DNA of 64,000 nt from positions 10,242 to 74,241 of the forward strand of contig JAYTWK010000055.1 of NCBI GenBank assembly GCA_043743715.1, given 5' to 3'. A program made the translations under genes and the position numbers. Shown here piece after piece: positions 1 to 10,187 of the stretch (the first letter of the stretch is position 1; each line of letters starts with the position of its first letter). Origin of the DNA: a bacterium. Its GTDB lineage: Bacteria > Patescibacteriota > Minisyncoccia > Phycocordibacterales > UBA6899. The notes beneath the pieces were generated by a model. It worked only from the letters and a program-made list of their open reading frames with translations. It was not told the origin of the DNA and did no database searches.

Positions 1-236
1 TCGTCTCAGGTGACCTGTACAAAGCATTGCGTGAAAAAGTCAGCGGTGATGGCTTTCTTGAATTCCTTCTCGGGAGTAAGCACATCTCAACGCATACGGG
101 ATATCTTCTCCCTGAGGTTACAGGGCAAGGGCTTGAGATTAAAGACAGCCTAAGTTCAAATAAAAAACTACATGGAGGTATTTGGCAATTTTATCGCCGT
201 GTTCGATTCTTACTGAAGCGGATACTTAAAAAGTGA
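1..236 (+). CDS. 3' end of an unknown protein (partial, runs off window)
   Basis: Frame is open from position 3 to TGA at 234-236 and ends 4 nt from the convergent gene; no recognisable motif. Confidence 0.5.
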   Translation, partial: VSGDLYKALREKVSGDGFLEFLLGSKHISTHTGYLLPEVTGQGLEIKDSLSSNKKLHGGIWQFYRRVRFLLKRILKK

Positions 237-240
237 CAGG

Positions 241-2244
241 CTAAGGCAATAGAAGAATAGTGCGTAATCCTTTGAGTAGCGCGAGATATTTTTCCTTCTT
301 CTGTGGAGTAAGAGCCTGATATGCGGCAAGCTCGCGCAATTCTTTTGCGATTTTCCAGAGGCAATAATTTGTCAACGTTTCTTTATCTATATACATACCG
401 CTTTTCCCTTCGATCGATTGCTCGTTATAGACCAAAAAGATCTTCGTAGTCCATGACCCATCGGTATCAGTCGTGTAAAAATCGATACTGTCGAATACAC
501 GGCAAGAATGCTCTCGGTAATTCGTCCAATCAATAAAAAATAGAGAGTGCCCGTCGGTTAAAACATTCCCAAGGTGGAGGTCACCGTGAATGGGTGATGT
601 GACTACTTTTGCCTTATGAAGATAATCAGTCCAAAATGACCCGGCCCCATCCAAACTTTCAAGAAAAGTCTTAAGAGGTGTGTAGTCGAGTGCGTCCGTA
701 AGAGACATGGGTAATTCATGTGTAAGTGTTGCTGCTTTTGCGTCTACAAAAAAAGTTTGAATCCTCTCATCATCATAAGAGACATGGGATAATCTTTGGG
801 TAATTGAGATAGGCCCGATAAAACGATACGATGGGATATATTTGTTGAACACTTGATCATTCGCTGCTTTTTTTAAATTTGCGCGTTCTCGCCTCATCTC
901 ATAGAGCGCGCCGACCGACAATGGAACTTTTATGACTACCCTGGGAAGACAAAAAATGAGTGACTGCATTCGCGTTTTTGAAAATCCTATTACTGATGTC
1001 TCTCCTTTAAGTACGATCGGCTGAAATAAGCGCTCGACAAATCTTTTGTCAGCATAAAGCTCTTTGCGGATCATTCGCGTGACATCACTTCTTTTGTGTA
1101 CAGTACTGTCGATGGTGATCTTTTTGCGCGTAAGCAAGGTTTCAGCAACAGACTTCCACTTCGCGTCTTCACTCACAAGTTCAACTCTTGAGATCTCTTT
1201 TTTTCGCTCCCATATGATATCGAGGTCACCAGTGAAGCGTATGACAAGATCAATCGGTGGAATAACGGCTTGATATATATATCTCAACATGTGCCCTCCA
1301 AGAAAAGGAAATCCCGGGACTCTATCGATGAGAAAAAGGCGATAACGGCCATCCCCCTTTTTTTGTGCTACGCGGCAAAAAAGATCGAGCGGGTAAAACA
1401 CGTAAGTTAAGCACTTTCTCAAAACTCTTCCATTGTGCCCGTGATAGAGACGACCAATCAACTCCGAATACCAGTGCTTTTCTCCAAGATAAAGCAGTGA
1501 TGTTTTTATATCAAATTCCTCACAAAGGTCTACAATCGCTGTTGACTTCCCTGCTCCATCCGGGCCTAAGAATAACACGGTGTATCCGAAGCCTGAATGA
1601 AAGTTTTTCTTTGCCGGATATGTTGCAGCTACTTGAGTGAATCTCCGATATATCACTTCTTTGGGAAGCACTCCGCTTACGCCGTCCTTTTTGAGAAGTC
1701 CCGACTCATAAAACGCACGAAGGGTTTCCCAATCTTCAGCATCTGTTGGGGTTTTTATTTCTCCCCTGTATCGAAGGAGATAATCTGAAAACTCATCAAG
1801 ATGTCGATCGGATATGTTCTTTTTCTCAAGCGTAATATGGAGCAGATATATAAGAAGTGCGTAAGTTCCGCTCGGTCGGAATTGCCCCATGCTATTCTTT
1901 ACACCTTGATCAAAAACGTCCTTTGGTTCGTTGGCGACGAGTAGGTTACCGCTCGTATCACGAAATTCAATCCGAAACTTCACATCAAGTGACACGGGCG
2001 CATCCCCATTCGTTGGCAAGAAATAAAAGAATGCATGAATCAGATCTTCAGCCGGCTCACGTCGCATAAGCCAACCAATCTCGCTGAGAAGTTTCAAAAA
2101 GTCTGACTTACTTTCCTCCTCGACAAAAAGATCAATGTCTCCAGCATCATGTGAGCCGTTCTCAAAATGCGACGCCAAAATTGAGCGAATGCCTTTTCGT
2201 TCAAGACTTTGAAACAAGTGGCGGATGGCTGCTGTTCGCGTCAT
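241..2244 (-). CDS. Multidomain protein: nucleotidyltransferase-like N-terminus, P-loop (thymidylate-kinase-like) domain, APH/choline-kinase-like C-terminus
   Basis: GDIDLFV; FLGPDGAGKST...LIDR; HGDLHLGNVL...FFIDW; ATGA overlap with the upstream gene. Confidence 0.7.
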   Translation of the reverse strand: MTRTAAIRHLFQSLERKGIRSILASHFENGSHDAGDIDLFVEEESKSDFLKLLSEIGWLMRREPAEDLIHAFFYFLPTNGDAPVSLDVKFRIEFRDTSGNLLVANEPKDVFDQGVKNSMGQFRPSGTYALLIYLLHITLEKKNISDRHLDEFSDYLLRYRGEIKTPTDAEDWETLRAFYESGLLKKDGVSGVLPKEVIYRRFTQVAATYPAKKNFHSGFGYTVLFLGPDGAGKSTAIVDLCEEFDIKTSLLYLGEKHWYSELIGRLYHGHNGRVLRKCLTYVFYPLDLFCRVAQKKGDGRYRLFLIDRVPGFPFLGGHMLRYIYQAVIPPIDLVIRFTGDLDIIWERKKEISRVELVSEDAKWKSVAETLLTRKKITIDSTVHKRSDVTRMIRKELYADKRFVERLFQPIVLKGETSVIGFSKTRMQSLIFCLPRVVIKVPLSVGALYEMRRERANLKKAANDQVFNKYIPSYRFIGPISITQRLSHVSYDDERIQTFFVDAKAATLTHELPMSLTDALDYTPLKTFLESLDGAGSFWTDYLHKAKVVTSPIHGDLHLGNVLTDGHSLFFIDWTNYREHSCRVFDSIDFYTTDTDGSWTTKIFLVYNEQSIEGKSGMYIDKETLTNYCLWKIAKELRELAAYQALTPQKKEKYLALLKGLRTILLLP

Positions 2245-3761
2245 ACGTGTGAAGACAGAGATCGTTTCGCCTCTTTGACAAATTCATCCAAAAGACCAGG
2301 TAATTCTTTTGTATCCCCTTCTTCCCAGACACGGACATAGTCACACGCAAAGCTGGTATCATACGCTGCAGCAACAAAGTTCTCGAGTCTCCGTTCATAC
2401 TCCGGTGTATGCAAGTTTACCTTCAATAGCTCATTAATTTTTTCTCCCAAGGTTGTCATGTCGGTATGCTTTGTAACATTGGGGAGCTTGAGTGTTGTCC
2501 CAGAGTCACCCATTTGGATTGCAGGCTTATTGAGAAATGCTGCTTCCGCGATGGTACTACTATTGGGACTCACGACTAAGGCAGCACGATCAAGCACGTG
2601 TGCTGAAGGGATTCGGTAATCGATAAAAGCAACATTCACCGTTCGTGCAATTTTCTCGATATACGATGGTGGTCGCATGCCGACCATGGCTGGATGTTCT
2701 TTCACTACCAAGACATAGTCATCGGGTAATGACTGAGCAATGAGTCGCGCAACTTCAATTTGATTGTTAAAAAATGGCGAAGTGACATCAATACTCGCTT
2801 CGGGTTGTACTTGGAGTGGAAAATACACAAAATTTTTGATGGTATCAAATGCATCGTACGAAAAATGATCCATGAATTTTTGATATCGGTCAGCACAAAA
2901 ATGATCACGAAAAATGATACGTGGTGGCCGATAATCGGTAGTGATGCCGAGCCGCTTTACGTAATTTTTTTTCGGATCCATAACCCAACGCAAGCTCTGG
3001 TGGAATGGTGAAAGGATGTGGCGGATCTTTTTAATTAGAGGTCGGCTCTTTTTTAATTTTTGGAAAGGTGTTTCTATCTGTGCCCGCATTCCTCTGCGTA
3101 CTCCGGAAATATATGTTTTTGCCTTATGGCGATTGGCTGACTCAGCACTGCGGTCGAGTTCATCAATACGATCCCAGAAGGGTCCCGCATTATCTTGATA
3201 GCTGTGGGTAAATATCCAACTTCCCTTTATCTTATTGTCAGTAATGGCAAACATAGGCACACCATGGGCTTTGGCATAGAGGCTAAATACAATATGTGGA
3301 AAAGAAACAAAATTGGGAGCAATGATAAGGTCAGGCTTAAATTCGGTGAACATCTTTTTCGTGAGTGCATACATCGCAAGAATGTATTCAACGGTTTCCT
3401 TGTCTGAAACGTTTTGCTTAAAACCATAATAATACTTATCTTTATATGAACGCACGAAACTCCGAAGAGCCCCAACAATCGGCCAGATTGAAACAATCTT
3501 GAGTTCACGACAAACTTCAGTGAGATCGAGTGATGGATCGATATTGTAATCCAAAGGATGCTCGATGACATCGTCGTTACTTTCGATCATTTCGTAAACA
3601 ACCTCTTTCTGGCTACGAATAAACTTATCGCTCGATGGCTTGAAGGTAAGTGCAGCTAAATTGCACCCTTCGCTTTGAAGACGCTTGGCAAGTGGATGGC
3701 CTATTGCAATTGCCCAATTGCGCTGCTGAAAAATGAGAATGCGCTTTCCTGTGAGATTCAT
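2241..3761 (-). CDS. Capsular polysaccharide biosynthesis protein (KpsS/KpsC-like, probable CMP-ulosonate transferase)
   Basis: YFPLQVQPEAS and VVKEHP motifs typical of the Capsule_synth family. Confidence 0.75.
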   Translation of the reverse strand: MNLTGKRILIFQQRNWAIAIGHPLAKRLQSEGCNLAALTFKPSSDKFIRSQKEVVYEMIESNDDVIEHPLDYNIDPSLDLTEVCRELKIVSIWPIVGALRSFVRSYKDKYYYGFKQNVSDKETVEYILAMYALTKKMFTEFKPDLIIAPNFVSFPHIVFSLYAKAHGVPMFAITDNKIKGSWIFTHSYQDNAGPFWDRIDELDRSAESANRHKAKTYISGVRRGMRAQIETPFQKLKKSRPLIKKIRHILSPFHQSLRWVMDPKKNYVKRLGITTDYRPPRIIFRDHFCADRYQKFMDHFSYDAFDTIKNFVYFPLQVQPEASIDVTSPFFNNQIEVARLIAQSLPDDYVLVVKEHPAMVGMRPPSYIEKIARTVNVAFIDYRIPSAHVLDRAALVVSPNSSTIAEAAFLNKPAIQMGDSGTTLKLPNVTKHTDMTTLGEKINELLKVNLHTPEYERRLENFVAAAYDTSFACDYVRVWEEGDTKELPGLLDEFVKEAKRSLSSHV

Positions 3762-3841
3762 ATTCGACGAAATAAGGTAAGAAATAACATGAATAGTCTA
3801 TCATGATGGCCCCTCTTCGCAACGAGAAATGTGGCTCACAA

Positions 3842-3870
3842 TTGACCATGTTTTCGAGCTAGGCTATCAT
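3842..3870 (+). promoter_or_regulatory. Sigma70-type promoter, probably leaderless transcript
   Basis: TTGACC(3842-47)-17 nt-TATCAT(3865-70)-6 nt-ATG(3877). Confidence 0.7.
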
Positions 3871-3876
3871 TCGACC

Positions 3877-4602
3877 ATGATAACAAACGCTGAATTCGAT
3901 AAGTTGTATGAGGCACACGGCTTTGCATCTCAGCGCAAATACCCGAACGAACAACTTATTCAATTTCTCGCAGCAAACTTTTTTGCAATACCAAAAAATG
4001 AACGTGCGGAACACAAGATTCTTGAGCTTGGCTGTGGTAGTGGCGCGAATCTCTGGATGATTGCCAAAGAAGGTTTCGACGCACATGGAACTGATCACTC
4101 TCCTTCGGGCATAGAATTATGTAAACAACTTCTTGATTTCTATAGCGTTACAGCAAAACTTGCCGTTGGCGACTTCCGCAAGCTCGAATATCCCGACAAT
4201 TATTTTGACGCGATTGTTGACATTGTCTCACTTCAGCATACTGACCTACAAGGTCATATTGAGTCATATAAAGAGATCGTGCGATGCCTCAAACCTGGTG
4301 GTAAGTTTTTCTCTTGGCATCTCGGCGATAAAAGCATCTCTTTCCAAAGTCACAAGGGGATATTTCTTGATTCACAGACAATTGACAATATCGGCGTCGG
4401 CTTGCCACTTTCTGGAAATGGACCGACATGTTTCCTTAACCCTGAAATAGCCAAAAAATTGCTCTCGAACGCAGATTTCCAAGCAGTTGAGATAGAACTG
4501 GTAGTTCGAACCTACAGAGAAATGACGCAGTCTGTTGAATACCTTGCAATCTCAGCCACAAAATCTATTACTACTCCTGGACGGTTGAAGTCTCTTTCGT
4601 AG
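3877..4602 (+). CDS. Class I SAM-dependent methyltransferase
   Basis: ILELGCGSGAN, YFDAIVD, LKPGG; start moved to ATG 3877 from promoter spacing. Confidence 0.88.
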   Translation: MITNAEFDKLYEAHGFASQRKYPNEQLIQFLAANFFAIPKNERAEHKILELGCGSGANLWMIAKEGFDAHGTDHSPSGIELCKQLLDFYSVTAKLAVGDFRKLEYPDNYFDAIVDIVSLQHTDLQGHIESYKEIVRCLKPGGKFFSWHLGDKSISFQSHKGIFLDSQTIDNIGVGLPLSGNGPTCFLNPEIAKKLLSNADFQAVEIELVVRTYREMTQSVEYLAISATKSITTPGRLKSLS

Positions 4603-5803
4603 CACGCATAAAATACAGAAGCAGATCTGCAAAATATTTTGCCGCCCAGTTGAGTGATTGGTAGGATTGATATTCTCCTGAGATTGGCCAACTCCCCCAC
4701 ATTGCACCAATGCCTCCGCCAAGTTTTTCATCAAAATTATTTTGGCAGGTCTTGAGAAATTCTTTTGCCCGTGAGGCTTTTTCCTTGTAAGAGCTTTCGC
4801 CCGACCTCTGATATACCTTCATTGCGGTCACACCAACCTGTGCAATCCCGGTTAAGCACTCAAAGTGAGCAGCTGCCTTCCAATCGCGGTCAAGTCGCCC
4901 TGGAATGTGTCCGTCTGCATCCATCTGTTCGAGTACTCCATCGAGCGCAAGCTTCGCACCATTTACAAACTTTTCTTCACCAAGCAATACTCCAATGTCG
5001 AAGAGGCCATCGATGGTATACCCAATCGTATGAAGGAGTGGACGTTCTGCCTCCCAGAAATCAGAATTATTGAACCATCCATTCTCTTCTTGCACAGCCA
5101 TAGTTGCAAGAGCCGAACGTCGAGCCAGAGCGATCCATTCTTTGTTGCTGAGCGCGACACCCCATGCTCCGACCGGTGCGAGCGCATAGACCATATAGGT
5201 CGTCATGTATTGATCGACAGACGAAGGGTTACCGGTAATGTAGCGACCCTCTTTGTGGTGTTCTTGCTTGGCAATCCACGATATAGCACGCGTAGCCGCA
5301 TGTTTGTAGCGCTCGTCCTTGGTTTCTTTGTATAACGCAAGATACCCGCGTAACACTTGCCCGGTATCGAACACTGCAGGCGCTGCAGGCTTGCCAATGT
5401 TTCCTGCATGAACTGCACCGTCATCACGTTGAATAGCAAGCTCCCACTCACCCATACGTTTTGCCCGATCAAGAAATGTCTCATCACCCGCATATGCTGC
5501 GACATCCATCATTGTAGGAATGATATATCCGGTTGTTTCTGGATATGAAGGCTGCCAACCATCTGCATTTGATTTAGATGAGGGAAGAAGATCATTTCCT
5601 CGACTTACACCATCATCGGGTGTTGCATCTTGAGCACGAGCTATCCATGCTACCGTTCTCTCAAGATGCACTTCGTCGGTTCCGATAAACTTTTGGTTTT
5701 CAGCTGAAAATTTTTTTATCGTGGAGCGTGCGCAAAGTTTTGCACGAAGCATCGCAAGGCGAGCACGCATCTCTTTGTGGTGTGTTTCTTTAAATTCCTT
5801 CAT
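4571..5803 (-). CDS. Alpha/alpha-toroid (terpene-cyclase/six-hairpin-like) protein of glycan loci, function unknown
   Basis: YPETTGYIIPT, FDTGQVL and repeated W/Q-x-x-x-G helical motifs (IQRDDGA, VQEENGW, QMDADGH). Confidence 0.65.
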   Translation of the reverse strand: MKEFKETHHKEMRARLAMLRAKLCARSTIKKFSAENQKFIGTDEVHLERTVAWIARAQDATPDDGVSRGNDLLPSSKSNADGWQPSYPETTGYIIPTMMDVAAYAGDETFLDRAKRMGEWELAIQRDDGAVHAGNIGKPAAPAVFDTGQVLRGYLALYKETKDERYKHAATRAISWIAKQEHHKEGRYITGNPSSVDQYMTTYMVYALAPVGAWGVALSNKEWIALARRSALATMAVQEENGWFNNSDFWEAERPLLHTIGYTIDGLFDIGVLLGEEKFVNGAKLALDGVLEQMDADGHIPGRLDRDWKAAAHFECLTGIAQVGVTAMKVYQRSGESSYKEKASRAKEFLKTCQNNFDEKLGGGIGAMWGSWPISGEYQSYQSLNWAAKYFADLLLYFMRATKETSTVQE

Positions 5804-6056
5804 TATAGTGTACCCTCTGATAACAAAAAAACGGCTAAAAAGTTGTATGGGAGCTGCTTTTGCGGCGAACTCTGAGTGTGTCTAGTATACAGAGGACCAC
5901 ACGTATTTCAAATCACTAATACGCTATAACAAAACATAAGCAAAACGACGCAGCACACGAGTATTTCTACTATCGTATCATGACAAGGCAATCAGGATGC
6001 GGTGACTCACTCCATCCCTGGGCTGACGCCATGGGGTATTTGTGTGTGAATAAATA

Positions 6057-6515
6057 TCAAGATTTTAGGCGTGCTATTTTTCTACTGAGTCGATAGTAGA
6101 GCACATCATCTTGTTCTTTTTCAAGAACAAAGCCGACCGACTCTGCCATACTCATCGACGCCTTATTCTCACTCTTTACCTGTGCAGTAAGATTGCCTTC
6201 AAGTGTCTCACATGCCGCTCTCAGCATTGCTTTTCCTATGCCTTTGCCGCGCATAAGAGGGGCAACAGTCCATGAAATTTCATATGAACCGTCGGTATCT
6301 TTATCTGCACGAATAGTCCCTGCAGGAACTCCCTCATGTTCTGCAACAAAAAGAATGCGATCGGGATTCGTGATTACCCCGGCGAGCCATGTGAGGTGGT
6401 TTTCGAGAGGAACGATATCCGTATTGAATGATTGCCTGCGGGTCTCTGGATCATTGCGCCATGTGAGGAGTGCTGCCGCATCATCCATGGTTGCTTTACG
6501 TAAAGTGATCTGCAT
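6057..6515 (-). CDS. GNAT N-acetyltransferase (PseH-like)
   Basis: LLTWRNDPETR, RGKGIGK, N-x-x-S motif; lies downstream of pseI. Confidence 0.8.
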   Translation of the reverse strand: MQITLRKATMDDAAALLTWRNDPETRRQSFNTDIVPLENHLTWLAGVITNPDRILFVAEHEGVPAGTIRADKDTDGSYEISWTVAPLMRGKGIGKAMLRAACETLEGNLTAQVKSENKASMSMAESVGFVLEKEQDDVLYYRLSRKIARLKS

Positions 6516-6524
6516 AATAATTTC

Positions 6525-7151
6525 TTATCTGAACTTATAAGTACCCTCTAAGATCTGTTGCCTTCCCTTCTCCTCGATTTCAGCAAGTTGCTTCATCCAA
6601 TCGCTCGCATATGCCGTTTCAATAACGTCACTCCAGAGTGAAGGATCGTTCTCGAGAAGCACGTCTTCCGCTGCGACGAACTCCACCTTTGCATGCTCGA
6701 TAAGTGAGGGAAATTTGAACTCAAGTATTGTCTGCGTGCGCGGTATATGCCAGCGATTGGTCACTACGGAAAATGTCTTCCCGGGATGTTCTTCAGTAAA
6801 TCTGCTGAGCTCGATGAATTCCTGATAAGTATTATTTGACTCCTCTTCGAGTATGATTTTTTCAAGAGGAACTCCGGCATCAGAAAGCTCATCGCGCAAT
6901 ATGTGAGCAAGAAGCGGTCGCGCTTCGGTCGTACCCGAGGGAACGCCATAACCTTTGCCTCCGCCGGTGAAGATCATTGTCTGTGAATGACGGGTTGCAA
7001 GCAATGCGCTTGCCAGGACGCGTAGCTTGCCGCCGGGTGCACCGAAACGCGTCATGTCTTCTCCTGACAGATCAGTACTGATCCATCTGCCTCTACTATC
7101 TTGCTTGATTCCCCCGCAAAGCAGGTGGATATAGTCAAAAGTATTATGCAT
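6525..7151 (-). CDS. YdcF/DUF218 (ElyC/SanA-like) protein
   Basis: IFTGGG, IILEEESNNTYQE, VVTNRWHIPR. Confidence 0.8.
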   Translation of the reverse strand: MHNTFDYIHLLCGGIKQDSRGRWISTDLSGEDMTRFGAPGGKLRVLASALLATRHSQTMIFTGGGKGYGVPSGTTEARPLLAHILRDELSDAGVPLEKIILEEESNNTYQEFIELSRFTEEHPGKTFSVVTNRWHIPRTQTILEFKFPSLIEHAKVEFVAAEDVLLENDPSLWSDVIETAYASDWMKQLAEIEEKGRQQILEGTYKFR

Positions 7152-7196
7152 TGCAAATATGACTAGTGCTGAAATGACCAGAATAGTTAAGAATAG

Positions 7197-8273
7197 TTAA
7201 GACTTTTTATCGATCAAATCCCATGATAATGGAGTGCCCATCTCAATGTCTTCTGTAGCGGTCTTGCCGAGTACTTCATCGATATACTTGGTCTCAAGTC
7301 CGTCGCCGGGACGGATCGAGCGGACATTCTTTTCGGTGAATTTTTCGCCTTTTTTGATATCGGCAGAAACAAAGAGTGACCGGCGATAGCGCTTATTCTG
7401 TTCCTCATCCTTGGTGCGTGGTCCATATGTCGGTTTGCCCATCATCATCTCCTGCTCGCGAATCTGGTTCACCATCTCGGTGAACTCCGCTGGATCAAGC
7501 GAGAAACGATCATCAAGGACCGCAGGGTCGTGCTTTACAACCAGGTGTTTTTCAATGATTGATGCCCCGACAGCCGCTGCAAGCACAGGTGCTTTTACTC
7601 CACCCATGTTGTCGGAGAAACCGACTACGACGTCGAACTCGTCCTTCAGATGGTGCATCGTACGCAGATGGGTCTCTTCACGTCGCTCCTTATCTGCATA
7701 TGAAGTAGTACAGTGAAGCACCGCAATATCCCGCGCTCCGGCATCACGCAGCGTCTTTACTGCTTGCGCGACCTCGCCGAGTGTCGCGAAACCCACAGAG
7801 ACGATCACCGGTTTTCCGGTCTTAGCGACTTTGCGCAAAAGAGGAATGTCGGTCGACTCGTATGCAGCAATCTTGAACAACGGCACATCGAGCGAAAGAA
7901 GGAACTCAACTGCCGTGGCATCGAACGGCGATGAGAAGAACTCGAGCCCAAGCTCATGTGCGAGTTTCTGCAGCTTTGGATGCCATTCCCATGGCGTATA
8001 GGCCTCTTTGTAGAGATCGTAAAATGTCTTACCTTTCCAATTGTCCGGATTGCTATCACCATCGACCCTAAACCACTTCTTGGTCGAATTGAGAGTCATG
8101 GTGTCCGGTGTATAGGTCTGGAGTTTCACCGCATCAGCGCCGGCCTTTGCAGCAGCGCGCACGATCGCTTCCGCTTGCGCATAATCCTGCTGATGATTGC
8201 ATGATACTTCGGCGACAATGAATGCCGGCTGACCATAGCCCACTACGCGATTTCCTACATTGAATGTTTTCAT
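7197..8273 (-). CDS. pseI: Pseudaminic acid synthase (NeuB family, C-terminal SAF domain)
   Basis: FIVAEVSCNH, ADAVKLQTYTPDT, IIEKH, RRSLF...IRPGDGL. Confidence 0.88.
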   Translation of the reverse strand: MKTFNVGNRVVGYGQPAFIVAEVSCNHQQDYAQAEAIVRAAAKAGADAVKLQTYTPDTMTLNSTKKWFRVDGDSNPDNWKGKTFYDLYKEAYTPWEWHPKLQKLAHELGLEFFSSPFDATAVEFLLSLDVPLFKIAAYESTDIPLLRKVAKTGKPVIVSVGFATLGEVAQAVKTLRDAGARDIAVLHCTTSYADKERREETHLRTMHHLKDEFDVVVGFSDNMGGVKAPVLAAAVGASIIEKHLVVKHDPAVLDDRFSLDPAEFTEMVNQIREQEMMMGKPTYGPRTKDEEQNKRYRRSLFVSADIKKGEKFTEKNVRSIRPGDGLETKYIDEVLGKTATEDIEMGTPLSWDLIDKKS

Positions 8274-8280
8274 AAAAGAA

Positions 8281-9057
8281 TTATTGCTTTATCTTCGTAT
8301 TGTTCGCGATCGACTTCGCGAGCCCTTCATTGCGCTTACTCTTGGTATTTTTCTCTCTTACTTCGGGATGTGCATCGAGCGCAGCAATGTACTCGAGATA
8401 CCCGGCATCCGGTGCAGTATGCTCAATCAAAAAACTGATTACCTCAAAATCCTCGGGCGTGTCCACCGTCAGACGATACGCTGAAGTGTCCGTATCTGCC
8501 GATACCCCTCCCTGACGAAATTCGGGATGATTGCGGATGTACGGGGTCACATGTTCGAGTTCTGAAAAGAGCGTCGCTTTTTCCCCAGCTTCCATGAGCG
8601 CAGCGCGGGAGAACACTTCGACATCCATTCCGTCGGGATAAGTCTCTCCTCCAGAGGGGACGTTGCTCACATAATCAAACTCTGGCTGTTTGAAAAAAGT
8701 GACGACCTTATCAACCACCAGCGGATCGATCAAGGGGCAATCCCCAGTCACCCGCACAATGATATCATATCCGGGAAATTTATTTGCGCTCTCAATATAG
8801 CGTGACAACACATCATCAAGTGAACCTCTCACACACGAGAAATTTATTTTTCGGCACAATCTCTCAATCACGTCATCATCACTCGTGGTACTCGTGGCGA
8901 CCACGATCTTATCAATCGTCATACATCGCGACAAACGCTCAAGTTCATACTGTAGCATCGGTATACCCCCCACATCTTTTAGCACCTTACCTGGAAGCCT
9001 AGTCGAGGACATTCTCGCCTGCATGATCGCCAGAACCTTGTGTGGAGCGTTGTTCAT
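8281..9057 (-). CDS. SpsF-type acylneuraminate cytidylyltransferase-family protein
   Basis: QARMSSTRLPGKVL, RVTGDCPLIDP, EHVTPYI, RLTVDTPED. Confidence 0.85.
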   Translation of the reverse strand: MNNAPHKVLAIMQARMSSTRLPGKVLKDVGGIPMLQYELERLSRCMTIDKIVVATSTTSDDDVIERLCRKINFSCVRGSLDDVLSRYIESANKFPGYDIIVRVTGDCPLIDPLVVDKVVTFFKQPEFDYVSNVPSGGETYPDGMDVEVFSRAALMEAGEKATLFSELEHVTPYIRNHPEFRQGGVSADTDTSAYRLTVDTPEDFEVISFLIEHTAPDAGYLEYIAALDAHPEVREKNTKSKRNEGLAKSIANNTKIKQ

Positions 9058-10151
9058 AGTTCAAAATACTTCGCTTCGGCGATGGTCGCGGTCTGTTTAT
9101 CAAGATCACCCTTCCACGCCGGATTACCATTGAAGTAATAGTCCTTCATTGCATAGGAGAGGCGTGAGAGCGCTTCGTTCCTGATGAAATATGGGATTGA
9201 CTCAAGCTCCCCGCTCGTAAGTGGCTTCACTTCCGAATACGCATCGAGGAAGGCTCGTGTCGCCTCCTTGGTGGCATTATCGATGTCTTCGGGTGCCATA
9301 TGCACAATATATTGGCGAACAAGGCGATGGAGAGAAAATGCGACTGCGCGCATAGGCTCAAGCATACGCAGTGAATCAAGATCGATGATCGCGAGAAGCT
9401 CCGTACCGTCGGTCAGTATGTTGTGCGGGTGAAGGTCAAAATGCACGAGTGAACGTTCAGTATCTGCATACATATCAGGTGCGGTACTCATAAGCGCATC
9501 ACGCAGAAGACCTTCGTGCGAAAGAAGCCGTGCATCAAACTCGGCATCTCCACGTGCGGTATCCGTCTGTTTTGCGGCTAAAAAAATACGCTCCCAAATA
9601 TCCTCATCGTATATGCGCAGATCGAGAGTCGCCTGTGGAAATGCCACTGCCTTGCCAAGTGCTTCTTTGTTCGGAACATCGACAAGGGAGTCATGGAGTT
9701 TTGCAAGCTCATGAGCGACCGATGCTATTTCCGGGAGTGTCCCACGATAATGATTGCCGTCAAGAAATTCAAATGCAGTATATGTGTATGCCCCTTCCCG
9801 CTCAAATGTATTCTCTTCGTTCGAACGTAATATTTTCGGGGCCCGTACTCGCTTTGCTTGTAAATGATCGAGCACGGAGGCCGTCGCTTCAAGGAGTGCC
9901 TTATCGCGTTTCTCGCCGTACCTGCGGATCAATATTACGCGATTCATACCTGCACGTACGAACGTCACCTTGAAATTATTGCTATTGATTTCGGTTTCAT
10001 CTACCTGTTCTACGGAGAGTATCCGATCTCCTTGTTCTCCGTAATGCTTCAGAAATACCTCTATAATCTCCTGATTTACCTCAGGTGCAACCTCTCGATA
10101 GGCAATCTGCCATTTGCTGTGATTATTGGGGAGAAAAATCTGTGATTGCAT
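9054..10151 (-). CDS. APH/homoserine-kinase-II-like phosphotransferase
   Basis: HFDLHPHNIL and IIDLD catalytic motifs. Confidence 0.75.
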   Translation of the reverse strand: MQSQIFLPNNHSKWQIAYREVAPEVNQEIIEVFLKHYGEQGDRILSVEQVDETEINSNNFKVTFVRAGMNRVILIRRYGEKRDKALLEATASVLDHLQAKRVRAPKILRSNEENTFEREGAYTYTAFEFLDGNHYRGTLPEIASVAHELAKLHDSLVDVPNKEALGKAVAFPQATLDLRIYDEDIWERIFLAAKQTDTARGDAEFDARLLSHEGLLRDALMSTAPDMYADTERSLVHFDLHPHNILTDGTELLAIIDLDSLRMLEPMRAVAFSLHRLVRQYIVHMAPEDIDNATKEATRAFLDAYSEVKPLTSGELESIPYFIRNEALSRLSYAMKDYYFNGNPAWKGDLDKQTATIAEAKYFEL

Positions 10152-10187
10152 ATTGATATGCTATTGATTAGTATTGAGTACGATAGC

